64,000 nt of DNA from Halanaerobium sp. (GCA_041694515.1 JASMSZ010000054.1:1074-65073); one strand, 5' to 3'. Shown: positions 19,639 through 30,210, counted from the first letter of the stretch. Notes: generated by a model from the sequence alone, not told the origin. Numbers and translations are program-made.

Positions 19639-19670
19639 CAAAAACCCTGAAGCTAAAAGCTCCAGGGTTT
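19639..19670 (-). terminator. Intrinsic terminator of the small ORF
   Basis: AAACCCTGGAGC-TTTTA-GCTTCAGGGTTTTT hairpin with U tail. Confidence 0.8.
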
Positions 19671-19687
19671 AATTTTGATCTTTGATT

Positions 19688-19822
19688 TTAGTAGCCGCCC
19701 ATCATATAATATTCCATCAAGGCGCTATTTTTTAAGTTGTCATGTCTCTGATCAGCATCAGACTGTTCGTTAGCCTTAACCTGATCCTTGTGAGTGCGCT
19801 TGTGCTTAAAAATGTTCTTCAT
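19688..19822 (-). CDS. Small hypothetical protein, 44 aa (MKNIFKHKRTHKDQVKANEQSDADQRHDNLKNSALMEYYMMGGY); below the ORF-track cutoff
   Basis: AAGGGGG SD, ATG 19822, TAA 19688; flanked by a consensus promoter and a terminator. Confidence 0.7.
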   Translation of the reverse strand: MKNIFKHKRTHKDQVKANEQSDADQRHDNLKNSALMEYYMMGGY

Positions 19823-19944
19823 TAGTAATGCCCCCTTAATAATTTTGTTAGGGAACATACTCGCTGCACATCTACTTTGTTCCAGAAAATAAGCCCACCG
19901 ACCTAATAATAACTCCGCTACTCACTTTCTGTCGGTTCAGTTAG

Positions 19945-19973
19945 ATTATACTACTTTAAAAATACTTTGGCAA
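19945..19973 (-). promoter_or_regulatory. Sigma-A promoter of the small-ORF transcript
   Basis: TTGCCA-N17-TATAAT. Confidence 0.8.
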
Positions 19974-20014
19974 GAGTTTTGTTAGAATTTTTTCAAAATT
20001 ATTTCTTTTGTTCT

Positions 20015-20428
20015 TCAATATGATAATTTAGTTTCCAGAGAAGAGCTTGCGTCCATTAATTCTGAGTAAACTTTGATATCTAAAACCGGAGTCCCATCAA
20101 TTGCATCCAGTCCGTAGACAAAGAGTTTATTATCTTCTTTTTTTAATAATTTAACTGTTGTAACTCCAATTGGATTGGGGCGCCTGGGACTTCGGGACGA
20201 AAAAACACCTCTTTTAGGCCCTACCCGCCATTCGGAAATTAAATCATAAGCTTCTGTCTGATGCAGGTAATAAACTATCTGTAGATATTCATAATCCTCT
20301 ATTTTATAAAGGCCATCTTCATATTGAGCTTCAATTTCAATAATACTTTCATTATTTTTCATCTCTGCCGGACCTACCGGCTTTTTAAATTTACTCCTAA
20401 CTTTTCCAATTGCAGTAAATTTTATCAT
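20015..20428 (-). CDS. tsaA: TsaA/TrmO-family tRNA methyltransferase-like protein
   Basis: GVFSSRSPRRPNPIGVT and GLDAIDGTPVLDIK; start ATG 20428 after GAGGTG. Confidence 0.85.
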   Translation of the reverse strand: MIKFTAIGKVRSKFKKPVGPAEMKNNESIIEIEAQYEDGLYKIEDYEYLQIVYYLHQTEAYDLISEWRVGPKRGVFSSRSPRRPNPIGVTTVKLLKKEDNKLFVYGLDAIDGTPVLDIKVYSELMDASSSLETKLSY

Positions 20429-20459
20429 ATCAGCTCTCACCTCTGTTAAGTCAGAAATT

Positions 20460-21742
20460 TTAAGTAAATAATTTTTCTGCTGCCTCTTTTTTTAAGAGAT
20501 CATAAACTTTCTGCAGTCCCATATTTTCTCTTTCAGCGATTTCCTTACACTCCTCATATTCCGGAGAAAATTTAATTAATTCTCCTTCATAATAACCGGC
20601 CTTAATGGTTACCTTTCCTAATGAAGAATTCAAATCAAAATACCTGCGCTCCAGACAGCTGCGTTCAACTTCCCGGTGCCTAATACCCAGAGTGGTTGTT
20701 TCTATATAAATAATTTCTTCCAGTTCTTTTCGTTTCTCTGCAGCTGTAAGCACAGTCAGTTTTTGAGCCGGACGATTCTTTTTCATCATAATATTTGTGA
20801 GATAGACATCCTTAGCACCGGCCTCAAACAGTTTCTGGAACAGATAAGAATAAATTTCTCCACTCATATCATCAATATTTGTTTCTAAAATTAAGAGCTT
20901 TTCTTTACTTTTTTTTTAGCCTGATAAACCCGCAGGAGATTTGTAATTTCAAAATCCTTTTTGCCGGCACCATAAGCGATTTTTTCTACCTCAACTTCTG
21001 GCATCTCAATAAATTCTTCTGCCAGAGTTTTAATAATAGCAGCTCCGGTAGGAGTAACCAGTTCTCCTCTAACCCCTGTTGAGTAGACAGGTACACCTTT
21101 TAAAATTTCAATTGTTGCCGGGGCCGGGATCGGAATTCTACCGTGGGCGGCATCCACAAATCCGGTGCCTAACGGTACGGCAGCAGCATAAATATGATCC
21201 GGATTCAGCAGTTCAACTAAAATAGCTGCCCCTACAATATCTACTATAGAATCAACAGCCCCTACTTCGTGAAAATGAACTTCAGCAATTGACTTATTGT
21301 GAACCTTTGCTTCAGCTTCTGCTACTTTTGCAAAAATATCAATACTCAAATCTTTTACTTTCTGGCTGAGCTGGCTCTGGTTGATTAATTCTTTAATATC
21401 ATTAAAATTACGGTGAATCTGATCACTGCTGTGACTGTGAGGAACAGCTCCCTGATGACTGTGTTCATGGTGTCCATGGTGTTCATGATATCCCGCAGCA
21501 GCTTTGTCATTTCCAGCCGCCACATGATCAGGATGAGTCTCATCCTCTAATACAACTTTAAAATCGGTGGCAGTAATTCCATTTTTCTGGACAGTAGAAA
21601 TTTCAATCTCATAACCTGCAAGATTTAACTTTTTTAATTCTTCTAAAAATCTATCCTGATCTACCCCCAGATCAAGCAGAGATGCAATTGTCATATCCCC
21701 ACTGATTCCGGAAAGTAAATCAAAGTATAATATTTTTTCCAT
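20460..21742 (-). CDS. larC: Nickel-pincer cofactor nickel insertase LarC, split in two frames (larC1 20891-21742, larC2 20460-about 20908) joined by a -1 shift at an A9 run
   Basis: larC1: GISGDM, His-rich tract, HFHEVGAVDSIVD, ELVTPTGAA, YGAG. The -1 frame continues KSKEKLLILETNIDDMSGE...MKKNRP...TTTLGIR-like...PEYEEC. Confidence 0.9.
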
Positions 21743-21743
21743 T

Positions 21744-22514
21744 TTATCCTTCCTCTCTTGCTTTTTCTATCTGTAAGTTAATTGTACTGGCCAGATAAGC
21801 AGCACCAAATCCATTATCTATATTGACTACTCCAATTCCACTGGCACAGCTGTTGAGCATTGTCAGCAGGGCAGAAACTCCTCCAAAATTAGTTCCATAA
21901 CCAACACTGGTTGGAACAGCAATTACCGGTTTATCGACTAAGCCGCCGACTACACTGGCCAGAGCGCCTTCCATTCCAGCTACTGTTATAATTACCTGGG
22001 CATCATTAAATTTATCCAGATTGCTGAGCAGACGGTGAATCCCGGCCACACCAACATCATAGAGGCGCTCAACTGAATTTCCAAGAGCTTCAGCAGTTAC
22101 TACAGCTTCTTCTGCAACCGGAATATCCGAAGTACCACCACTAACCACCAAAATTTTACTCTTAGTTTTCTCCAGCTTTTGTTTTTCTATAAAAATCATC
22201 TTCGGCCGCTCATGATAAACCGCCTCAGGTGCAATTTCTTTAATTCTCTCATATACTTCTTCGCTGGCTCTGCTGGCCAGTATATTATTCTCGTGTTTCA
22301 GCATTTCTTTAACTATACCTTCAATTTCCATTAAAGATTTTCCTTCACAGTAAATCACCTCGGGATAACCATTGCGCAGACTGCGGTGATTATCTACTTT
22401 GGCAAAACCAAGATCCTTAAAAGGCAGATCCTTTAACGAAGAAGCTGCCTCGTCTACCTCTATTTCTCCATTTTTAACCTTTTCTAAAATTGCTGTAATA
22501 TCTTCTTTATTCAT
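21744..22514 (-). CDS. larB: Nickel-pincer cofactor carboxylase/hydrolase LarB
   Basis: DNHRSLRNGYPEVIYCEGK, GGTSDIPVAEEA, DVGVAGIHRL, AGMEGAL, VPTSVGYG and CASGIGVVNIDNG. Confidence 0.93.
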   Translation of the reverse strand: MNKEDITAILEKVKNGEIEVDEAASSLKDLPFKDLGFAKVDNHRSLRNGYPEVIYCEGKSLMEIEGIVKEMLKHENNILASRASEEVYERIKEIAPEAVYHERPKMIFIEKQKLEKTKSKILVVSGGTSDIPVAEEAVVTAEALGNSVERLYDVGVAGIHRLLSNLDKFNDAQVIITVAGMEGALASVVGGLVDKPVIAVPTSVGYGTNFGGVSALLTMLNSCASGIGVVNIDNGFGAAYLASTINLQIEKAREEG

Positions 22515-23325
22515 CTTTTCCCTCCAGAATTTCTTTATTCATACTTCCACTTTTATAGGCTGATAAATCTAAGGTAACATATTGAAACCCTAATTTCTGT
22601 AATTTATCCCACAGTTTATTCATTAAGTTTAAATCAAGAATTTTTTCTCTATCAGCTTCCGATAATTCAATTCGAGCCAGATTGTTGTGGTCTCGAACCC
22701 TGAACTGTTCAAATCCATTTCGCCGCAGCAGTTCCTCAGCAATCTCGATTTTTTCCAGTCTCTCTGCTGTAATCGGATTGTTATAGGAAACCCGGGTAGC
22801 CAGACAGGATAATGTAGGCTTATTCCAGGTAACCAGCCCTAAATCTTTAGAGAGCATTCTAATTTCTTTTTTTGTCAGCTGTGCTGCAAGCAGTGGACTC
22901 TTAACTCCCAGTTCCTGTAAAGCTTTACGTCCCGGCCGATAATCACCGGTGTCATCAAGATTAGAACCTTCGACCACTGTTTTACCATCAGCATAATCAA
23001 GAATCTGATTAAAAATTACTTTTTTGCAGTGATAACAGCGCTCAGCCGTATTTTCTACTGCTTTTTCCAGTTCTGCAAGCTCAACTTCTATTTGCTGATG
23101 TTCAAAATTTAATTCCTGCACCAGTTCTTCAACTTCCCTGATTTCTCTATCAGGGACAAAAGGAGTGTTAACCGTCACAGCTTCAAAGTTGGCTCCGGCT
23201 TTTTGAGCTGCGGCCGTTAAAAAGGTGCTGTCAACTCCTCCCGAAAAAGCAATCACAAAAGGTTCAAGCTCCTTTAAGTTATCTAATAATAAGTTGTATT
23301 TGTCATCTGTGGTTACTGTAGACAT
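22507..23325 (-). CDS. larE: Sacrificial sulfur transferase LarE
   Basis: PP-loop AFSGGVDS, RCYHCKK, GSNLDDTGDYRPG, SCLATR and FRVRDH. Confidence 0.92.
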   Translation of the reverse strand: MSTVTTDDKYNLLLDNLKELEPFVIAFSGGVDSTFLTAAAQKAGANFEAVTVNTPFVPDREIREVEELVQELNFEHQQIEVELAELEKAVENTAERCYHCKKVIFNQILDYADGKTVVEGSNLDDTGDYRPGRKALQELGVKSPLLAAQLTKKEIRMLSKDLGLVTWNKPTLSCLATRVSYNNPITAERLEKIEIAEELLRRNGFEQFRVRDHNNLARIELSEADREKILDLNLMNKLWDKLQKLGFQYVTLDLSAYKSGSMNKEILEGKDE

Positions 23326-23357
23326 TTAAATACCTCCTGCTGTTTTATTTTAATTTA

Positions 23358-25214
23358 CTAATGAGTAGGTGGTACAAGTGATTTTTTATCATAACCGATT
23401 AAATCTTTACGCCCGGCCATTTTCAAGGCTTTACGCACTATTTGCTGATTTTCCTTTTTATGATACTGCAGCAGTGCTCTCTGCATTTTTTTGGCTTCTT
23501 TTGATTTTGCTACGTAGACTTCTTCCATTGTCCGGGGATTATAGCCGCTGTAATACATAGCAGTGGCCATTGTTCCTGGAGTCGGATAAAAATCCTGTAC
23601 CTGATCAGGGTGATGATTGATATCTCTTAAATATTCTGCCAGTTCTACTGCATCTTCCAGCCGGCTGCCCGGATGGCTGGAAATAAAATAGGGAATTAAA
23701 TACTGTTCTAAACCAATTTCTTGATTAACCTGATAAAAAGCTTTTCTAAACTTATCAAAAACCTCAATTCCCGGTTTACCCATATAACCCAAAACTTTAT
23801 CTGAAACATGTTCCGGAGCAACTTTAAGCTGACCACTTACATGGTGAGCCGCCAGCTCTTTTAAATATTTGCGGCTTCCTTCATCTTCTAAAAGGTAATC
23901 AAAACGGATACCGGAGCGAACAAATACCTTTTTTACTCCCGGCAGCTTTCTTAATTCTCTCAAAATCTCAAAATACTCTTCGTGATCAACCTCTAACTTA
24001 CTGCAGGGATCAGGGAACATACATTCCTTGCCCTTACACATCCCCCGCGAAAGCTGATCTGAACAGGAAGGTTTGCGAAAATTAGCAGTCGGTCCTCCCA
24101 CATCATGGATATAACCTTTAAAATCATCCATAGCAATTATCTGCTCAGCCTCTTCCACCAGTGATTCTTTACTGCGGGCTGTCATCATTTTACCCTGATG
24201 AAAAGATATAGCACAAAATGAACAGGCACCAAAACAGCCGCGAGAACTGACCAGACTGAATTTAACCTCTTTAATCGCCGGTACTCCTCCATCTCTTTCG
24301 TAAGCAGGGTGATAATCCCGCTGATAGGGCAGTGTATAAATATGATCCAGTTCTGCCTGACTTAAGGGCTCAACAGGTGGATTTTGAACTAAATAACGGT
24401 TTCCATGCTGCTGTACCAGCTGCTGACCTCTAATTGGATCCTGTTCTAGATATTCAATTTTATAAGCATAAGCATACTGCTTTTTGCTGCTCTTTACTTC
24501 CTCATAGGATGGTAAAAGTTCATAATCATATAAAGATTCCAGCTCGTCTGCAATAAAAGCTGTTCCCGGCAGATAATTAATATATTTAATCTCCAGTCCA
24601 GCTTCTAAGTTTTCAGCAATTTTTAAAATCTGTTTTTCTCCCATTCCATAAACTAAAAGATCAGCTCTGCTGTCAAAAAGCAGGGAACGGCGCACACTAT
24701 CATCCCAGTAGTCATAGTAAGCAAAACGGCGCAGACTGGCTTCAATTCCGCCAATAATTATTGGAATCTCTCCATAAGCTTCCCGCAGACGATTACTGTA
24801 AACTATAGTTGCCCGATCCGGACGCTGACCGCTTTCTCCACCTGGAGAGTAATTATCATAACTGCGGTGATTTTTAGAAACTGAATAGTGATTGACCATC
24901 GAATCCATATTACCAGCAGTTACCAGAAATCCGAATTTGGGTTTGCCCAGTTTTTTAAAATCAGCTGTTGATCTCCAGTCAGGTTGAGCAATTATCCCTA
25001 CTTTAAAACCGGCATCTTCTAAGACCCTGGCAATAATCGCTGTGCCAAAAGAAGGGTGATCTACATAGGCATCACCGCTGACAATAATAAAGTCAAGTTC
25101 TTCCCAGCCTCTTTTTCGCATATCATCTTTTGAGATTACCATAAACTGATCTCTTGGGTTTTCTAACTCTTCCTTGTTTTCTTTCTTTTTTAGATCCTGT
25201 TTTTTCTTTTCCAT
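23358..25214 (-). CDS. YgiQ-family radical SAM protein
   Basis: [31 protein letters not shown] and [11 protein letters not shown]. Confidence 0.93.
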   Translation of the reverse strand: MEKKKQDLKKKENKEELENPRDQFMVISKDDMRKRGWEELDFIIVSGDAYVDHPSFGTAIIARVLEDAGFKVGIIAQPDWRSTADFKKLGKPKFGFLVTAGNMDSMVNHYSVSKNHRSYDNYSPGGESGQRPDRATIVYSNRLREAYGEIPIIIGGIEASLRRFAYYDYWDDSVRRSLLFDSRADLLVYGMGEKQILKIAENLEAGLEIKYINYLPGTAFIADELESLYDYELLPSYEEVKSSKKQYAYAYKIEYLEQDPIRGQQLVQQHGNRYLVQNPPVEPLSQAELDHIYTLPYQRDYHPAYERDGGVPAIKEVKFSLVSSRGCFGACSFCAISFHQGKMMTARSKESLVEEAEQIIAMDDFKGYIHDVGGPTANFRKPSCSDQLSRGMCKGKECMFPDPCSKLEVDHEEYFEILRELRKLPGVKKVFVRSGIRFDYLLEDEGSRKYLKELAAHHVSGQLKVAPEHVSDKVLGYMGKPGIEVFDKFRKAFYQVNQEIGLEQYLIPYFISSHPGSRLEDAVELAEYLRDINHHPDQVQDFYPTPGTMATAMYYSGYNPRTMEEVYVAKSKEAKKMQRALLQYHKKENQQIVRKALKMAGRKDLIGYDKKSLVPPTH

Positions 25215-25423
25215 TTAATTTATCAGTAACTCCTTTATAATTCCTGAGTTCAAAAAATCATTTCTAAAAAAATTTATAATTTTTATAGTTTTAATTAAAG
25301 ACTAAAATCCTATCTCGTTTTTATCCAGGCAATCTACTAACTATTATAGCAGAAAAATACTTCTAAATCGAATTTGCTGCCAAATGATTAATTTCACATC
25401 TTATATCTACTTATTAAATAATA

Positions 25424-25478
25424 AATCCCCTGAGAATTTAAGCTGCATATTAAACCAACTTAAAAACTCAGGGGAATT
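25424..25478 (-). terminator. Long hairpin after nhaC (likely terminator)
   Basis: TCCCCTGAG..TTAAG...CTTAA..CTCAGGGGA inverted repeat. Confidence 0.55.
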
Positions 25479-25533
25479 AAATTTATTTTATTTTTATACC
25501 TAAATTATTTCCTAATTGAAATTCATTATTAGA

Positions 25534-27252
25534 CTACGAAGCTAGATTAGAAAAAAGGAAAATACTGATCATATAAATCAGATAAAACGCCGACGCTGCA
25601 GCAGCAATTTTATTAAAAATCTTCATTTTACTACCTGATTTAATCCCGGCTTTAATTTCTTCAACAGTCGGCATTACCTCAGGCAGACCTTTTCTTTTAG
25701 CATCATATTTATTTAACAAAACTGCTGCAGTTATGGTCAGAATAAAAGCTGTAGTTAATAGAATAACTACCGAATCAATTCCTAAAGCATAGAGTATTAA
25801 AGTAAAAATTGTAACTCCAGCAGCCGTTAAAGCAAAGGGAATCTGTGAACTTACATGATCAATATGATCAGAACCGGCAAAGATTGAAGACATTACAGTT
25901 GTATCAGAGATTGGAGAAACATGATCTCCAAAAATTGCACCGCCAAATAAAATTCCCATCAGAACTGGTACAATACTAAATCCTACTAATTCATAACCTG
26001 TGGAAACAGCAATCGGTGTTAAAATAGCCATTGTCCCCCAGGAAGTCCCGGTAGTAAAGGAAATAAACATTGCCGCTAAAAAGATAATTATCGGCAGGGC
26101 TCTACCCGGTAAGCCAATGTTCATTAAAATATTTACTACATAGTCTGCAGTCCCAACCTGATCAGTTGCATATCCAATTGTCCAGGCTAAAATTATAATC
26201 GCAGCTGCAATAATCATAGTTTTAAAACCATCAATTACTGCATCACTGGCTTCACTTAAGGACATCGTTTTATAAGCCAGAGCTCCGACAAGAGCAAAAA
26301 AGACAAAGGCAAATGATCCATAAAGCAGGGCCAGTGCTATATCAGTCTCCTGAAATGCCTGAGCAATACTAACTCCAGCCTGGTAGCCGTCACCAAGCCA
26401 CCACATCGAAAATACACTGACAGCCAGTAATGAAATGATTGGTAAAAAGAAGTTCATCAATTTGGGATTTATCTGACTCTGCTCACCTACATCAGTACTA
26501 ATATCTGATAAAGCCTCTGCTCCATCTTTCATTAATTTACCTTCTTTACGGGCTCTCCATTCTGCATCGAGCATTGGACCATAATATCTCTGAGTGATAG
26601 CTACAAAGCCAACTGTAAAAAAGGCTAAAAGACAGTAAAAATTCCAGGGGATTGAACGCAAGAATACTGCATAAGGAGTCATTCCAATCTGCTCAGCAGT
26701 TATTCCAGCAGCAGTAAATCCTGCAGCAATCATCGAAACCTGATAACCAATCCAGTTGGAAACCGGGCCAAAGGTTGTCACCGGAGCAGTTGTGGAGTCT
26801 AAGATATACGAATGAGCTTCTCTGGATGTTTTATTTTTGATACTCACATCCCGGGTTGCATTTCCAGTTACAATTGTACTGGTATAAGAGTCGATAAAGA
26901 TAAACATTCCAATCATCCAGGTTAAAATCTGAGAATCCCTTGAAGTTCTAACAGCACTGCCCATCCAATTTTCCAGGGCCAGCACACTTCCCGATTTGTA
27001 AATCAAGGCAGCTCCAGCTCCCATCAGCATAATCAAAATTAAAAATTTAGCATTCCAGGGGTCATTAACTGTATTAACAATCCAGCGCAAAGATAATGAA
27101 GTTGCCGAAATTGGATTCCAGCTGCTAATGATCAAAGCTGCAGACCAGACTCCAGCAAATAAAGAAATAAGTACTTCCCTGGTATACATTGCCAGCAAAA
27201 TAGCCAGCAGGGGTGGGATTATCGACAAAAAACCAACTGTTTCTCCACTAAT
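25534..27252 (-). CDS. Na+/H+ antiporter NhaC-family membrane protein (probable ATT start)
   Basis: Many TM segments, FIDSY, LDSTTAP, SFTTGTSWGT, FGDHVSPISDTT and DHIDHV. The frame extends to ATT at 27252, 7 nt after a GGGAGGT SD. Confidence 0.85.
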   Translation of the reverse strand: MSGETVGFLSIIPPLLAILLAMYTREVLISLFAGVWSAALIISSWNPISATSLSLRWIVNTVNDPWNAKFLILIMLMGAGAALIYKSGSVLALENWMGSAVRTSRDSQILTWMIGMFIFIDSYTSTIVTGNATRDVSIKNKTSREAHSYILDSTTAPVTTFGPVSNWIGYQVSMIAAGFTAAGITAEQIGMTPYAVFLRSIPWNFYCLLAFFTVGFVAITQRYYGPMLDAEWRARKEGKLMKDGAEALSDISTDVGEQSQINPKLMNFFLPIISLLAVSVFSMWWLGDGYQAGVSIAQAFQETDIALALLYGSFAFVFFALVGALAYKTMSLSEASDAVIDGFKTMIIAAAIIILAWTIGYATDQVGTADYVVNILMNIGLPGRALPIIIFLAAMFISFTTGTSWGTMAILTPIAVSTGYELVGFSIVPVLMGILFGGAIFGDHVSPISDTTVMSSIFAGSDHIDHVSSQIPFALTAAGVTIFTLILYALGIDSVVILLTTAFILTITAAVLLNKYDAKRKGLPEVMPTVEEIKAGIKSGSKMKIFNKIAAAASAFYLIYMISIFLFSNLAS

Positions 27253-27364
27253 AATAATTACCTCCCTTTATTATTTTATTACTGCAATAGATTAAATTAC
27301 AGCTTAATTTTATCTAATTTTATGACAATTGTAAAGTAGATGTACAATTTTAATGATATAACCT

Positions 27365-27399
27365 AAAAAAACCCTCTACTGAAAAATCAATAGAGGGTA
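27365..27399 (-). terminator. Intrinsic terminator after the nucleotidase gene
   Basis: ACCCTCTA-N-TAGAGGGT hairpin with U tail on the minus strand. Confidence 0.75.
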
Positions 27400-27462
27400 C
27401 TTTTCTTTTGTTAGTTCGACACTTTTCGACTTATATCGGGAAGCAAGCGGCAGCTGCACGTT

Positions 27463-28977
27463 TTATTTTTCTACTATTCTTGCTTCAGTTTCTGGGGCTA
27501 CAGGAGAATTAGCTTCAATATATTCCATTAATACTTCTTCTAAGCCTCCAGCTTCTTTGACAATTGGAGCATCTTTAAACATTGTGTAGCCATCTCCACC
27601 AGCTTTCATAAAGTCATTGGTAGCTACAGTGTACACTGCATCTGGATCAAGTTTTTCGCCACCAACCCAGACCTGCTGAACTCTATTTCCAGCTTCAGCA
27701 TCACCATCAAAGATGAACTTAATTCCGGAAACCTGGGGGAAAAGACCTTCAGCTGCAGGATATTCGGAAACACCGTGTTCTAAAGCAGCTTTTAGATCAG
27801 CACCACTGAGCTCTATAGCCACTGCAGTATTACCAAATGGTAAAACTGTGATTACTTCACCCTGAGTAATTTTGCCCTGATTAATAGAAGCTCTAATTCC
27901 GCCACCATTAGTAATGGCAGCATCAGTATCTAATTTGCTTCGCATTGCATCAGTTATTAAATTACCAAGATTAGTTTCCCCGGTCCGTACATTACCTCTG
28001 GCTCCATTTAATTCAACAGCAGTTTTACCAACTACCTGAGAAGTAATTGCCGCATTGGCTCTATTAACTCTTCCTACAACTTTTGAAATTATATAATCTT
28101 TTTCAACATCCATAGTATCTTCTCTAGGAATTAAATTGGCTGTTATATTTGATACATCACCATTATTAATTGTCAGATCTACATATCCCAGATATTTAGA
28201 ATATTCTCCAGCCTGAACAATCATTGTTTCATTAACCATCATGCCTTTTTCTATTACGCTGTGGCTGTGGCCGTCAATAATCAAATCAATACCAGAAACT
28301 TCTTCTGCAACCATAGTACTTGTATATTTACTGCCTTCACTAATTCCTAAGTGAGATAGAGCAATAACTACATCTACTTTACTTTCCAGTTCATTGACTA
28401 CAGCATTAGCAGTAGCAATAGGATTTTCGAAGACCAATCCTTCCACATTTTTAGGATGTGTTTTATAGCTGGTTTCCGGAGTTACTAACCCAAAAATACC
28501 AACTTTAACTCCATCATATTCTTTAATTAGATAATCCTGCGTATATGGAATTTCTTTACCATCTTCTCTGCTCAAATTAGCAGCTAAAAATGGGAAATTA
28601 CTCATCTGAGCTAATTCTTTTAATCTATCCTGACCATAATTAAAATCATGATTTCCCAGGGTTAAAGCATCCAGATCCATTAAATCCAGAATATGACTTA
28701 TTGCTTCACCTTCATTTATATTAGCAATTGTCTGCCCGTGGAAAGTATCGCCAGCATCTAAAAACATTACATTTTCCTTTTCTTCTCTGCCCTGTTTAAC
28801 CAGGGTTTCCATTTTAGCATAACCCATGCTGCCTGCATAGTCGTCTTCTTCTACCCTTGAGTGAACATCATTTACATGATAAATTCTCAATTCAACTTCT
28901 TCTGCCAGCACAGTAAAAGATAGAGTCATAACTAAAACCAGAGTTAATAAAGTAATCGATAATTTCTTAAAATTCAC
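27463..28977 (-). CDS. Secreted 5'-nucleotidase / UDP-sugar hydrolase
   Basis: Signal peptide, HVNDVHS, LDAGD, LGNHDF, IDGHSH, ETNLGNL and NGGGIRA; likely GTG start 28977. Confidence 0.92.
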   Translation of the reverse strand: MNFKKLSITLLTLVLVMTLSFTVLAEEVELRIYHVNDVHSRVEEDDYAGSMGYAKMETLVKQGREEKENVMFLDAGDTFHGQTIANINEGEAISHILDLMDLDALTLGNHDFNYGQDRLKELAQMSNFPFLAANLSREDGKEIPYTQDYLIKEYDGVKVGIFGLVTPETSYKTHPKNVEGLVFENPIATANAVVNELESKVDVVIALSHLGISEGSKYTSTMVAEEVSGIDLIIDGHSHSVIEKGMMVNETMIVQAGEYSKYLGYVDLTINNGDVSNITANLIPREDTMDVEKDYIISKVVGRVNRANAAITSQVVGKTAVELNGARGNVRTGETNLGNLITDAMRSKLDTDAAITNGGGIRASINQGKITQGEVITVLPFGNTAVAIELSGADLKAALEHGVSEYPAAEGLFPQVSGIKFIFDGDAEAGNRVQQVWVGGEKLDPDAVYTVATNDFMKAGGDGYTMFKDAPIVKEAGGLEEVLMEYIEANSPVAPETEARIVEK

Positions 28978-29273
28978 AAATTCCACCTCCATATTTTTTG
29001 AAAATTGTTTCTTCTCTTATACATATTATTTGATATGAAAATTGATTTTCCTGCCTCGAGCAAGAAATATTTTCTAAATTAAGTCCAAGTGTATTCTATT
29101 TAAATGCTTTTGATGTGGCAGTCCCTGACAGTTCAAAATTTTGATTTTCATTCAACGACTAAAATTTTCTGTCCAAAAATGTTATAATGTAAATAAATAG
29201 TCTATGATTTTTAAAATTCAAACTCTATAGATAAGATACCCTAAAAGTGAAAAAGTACATTAGGAGGGAAAAA

Positions 29274-30182
29274 ATGAATAATGATTTAACAGCTGTTAAA
29301 GGAATAAAAGTTGGTCATGCCGATAATCAGAAAACAGGTACCGGCTGTTCGGTGATTTTAACTGATGTTGATTTTACAGTTGGAGCAGAAGTCCGCGGTG
29401 GGGCACCTGGAAGCAGAGAATTTGCTCTGACCGACAGCCGGGCTGCAGTAGACAAAGCTAATGCTGTCTTTTTAACCGGAGGAAGTGCTTATGGACTTGA
29501 TGCTGCTGGAGGAGTTATGCAGTATTTAAAAGAAAAAAATATCGGCTTTCAAACCGGAGGTGGAGTTGTACCCATTGTACCTGCTGCTGTTATCTATGAT
29601 TTAGAATACAAAAGCAGTGACTATCCTGATCAAAAAATGGCCTATCAGGCCTGTGTAAATGCTGACAATTCTGCTCAGGAGAACAAAACTATTGGTGCTG
29701 CAGCAGGATCTACCTGTGGCAAAATAAGGGGAATGGAAAATGCCAGCAAAACAGGACTCGGTCATGCAGCTTGCAAAAGTGGTGAGCTTATTGTTTCAGC
29801 GCTGGCAGTGGTCAATGCTTTTGGTGATCTTAAAGATCCTGAGAGTGGAAAAATTATTGCTGGAGCTCAGGATCAGGACGGCAATTTTGTTAATACAGAA
29901 GAAACTATTATTAATCAACCGGAGATTAACCTCGGATTTTTACGCCAAAATACCACTCTAATTGTGGTAGCAACTAATGCTTTTTTAAATAAATCAGAGG
30001 CAAATCGGGTATCTATGATGGCCCACAGTGGATTGAGCCGTACAATTTATCCTGTTCACACCCTTTTAGATGGTGACAGTGTTTTTACTTTAGCCGCCAA
30101 TCAGGTAAAAGCTGATATTAATCAGGTCGGTATTCTAGCTGCTCGAGTAGTTGAAAAAGCAATTTTAAATTCTGCTTTCTAA
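29274..30182 (+). CDS. P1/S58-family (DmpA-like) peptidase
   Basis: VGHA, RGGAPG, GGSAYGLDAA, VPIVPAA, NTTLIVVATN and HTLLDGD; start ATG 29274 after AGGAGG. Confidence 0.88.
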   Translation: MNNDLTAVKGIKVGHADNQKTGTGCSVILTDVDFTVGAEVRGGAPGSREFALTDSRAAVDKANAVFLTGGSAYGLDAAGGVMQYLKEKNIGFQTGGGVVPIVPAAVIYDLEYKSSDYPDQKMAYQACVNADNSAQENKTIGAAAGSTCGKIRGMENASKTGLGHAACKSGELIVSALAVVNAFGDLKDPESGKIIAGAQDQDGNFVNTEETIINQPEINLGFLRQNTTLIVVATNAFLNKSEANRVSMMAHSGLSRTIYPVHTLLDGDSVFTLAANQVKADINQVGILAARVVEKAILNSAF

Positions 30183-30210
30183 ACCTTTAAATTTAATAAA
30201 TAGATTCATC

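Noticed and set aside
19830-19940. Assigning the small-ORF leader to yybP-ykoY, T-box, PyrR or TRAP classes
   Set aside because: Only fragments (GAGUAG, scattered GAG/UAG) match; the diagnostic motifs and spacing are missing
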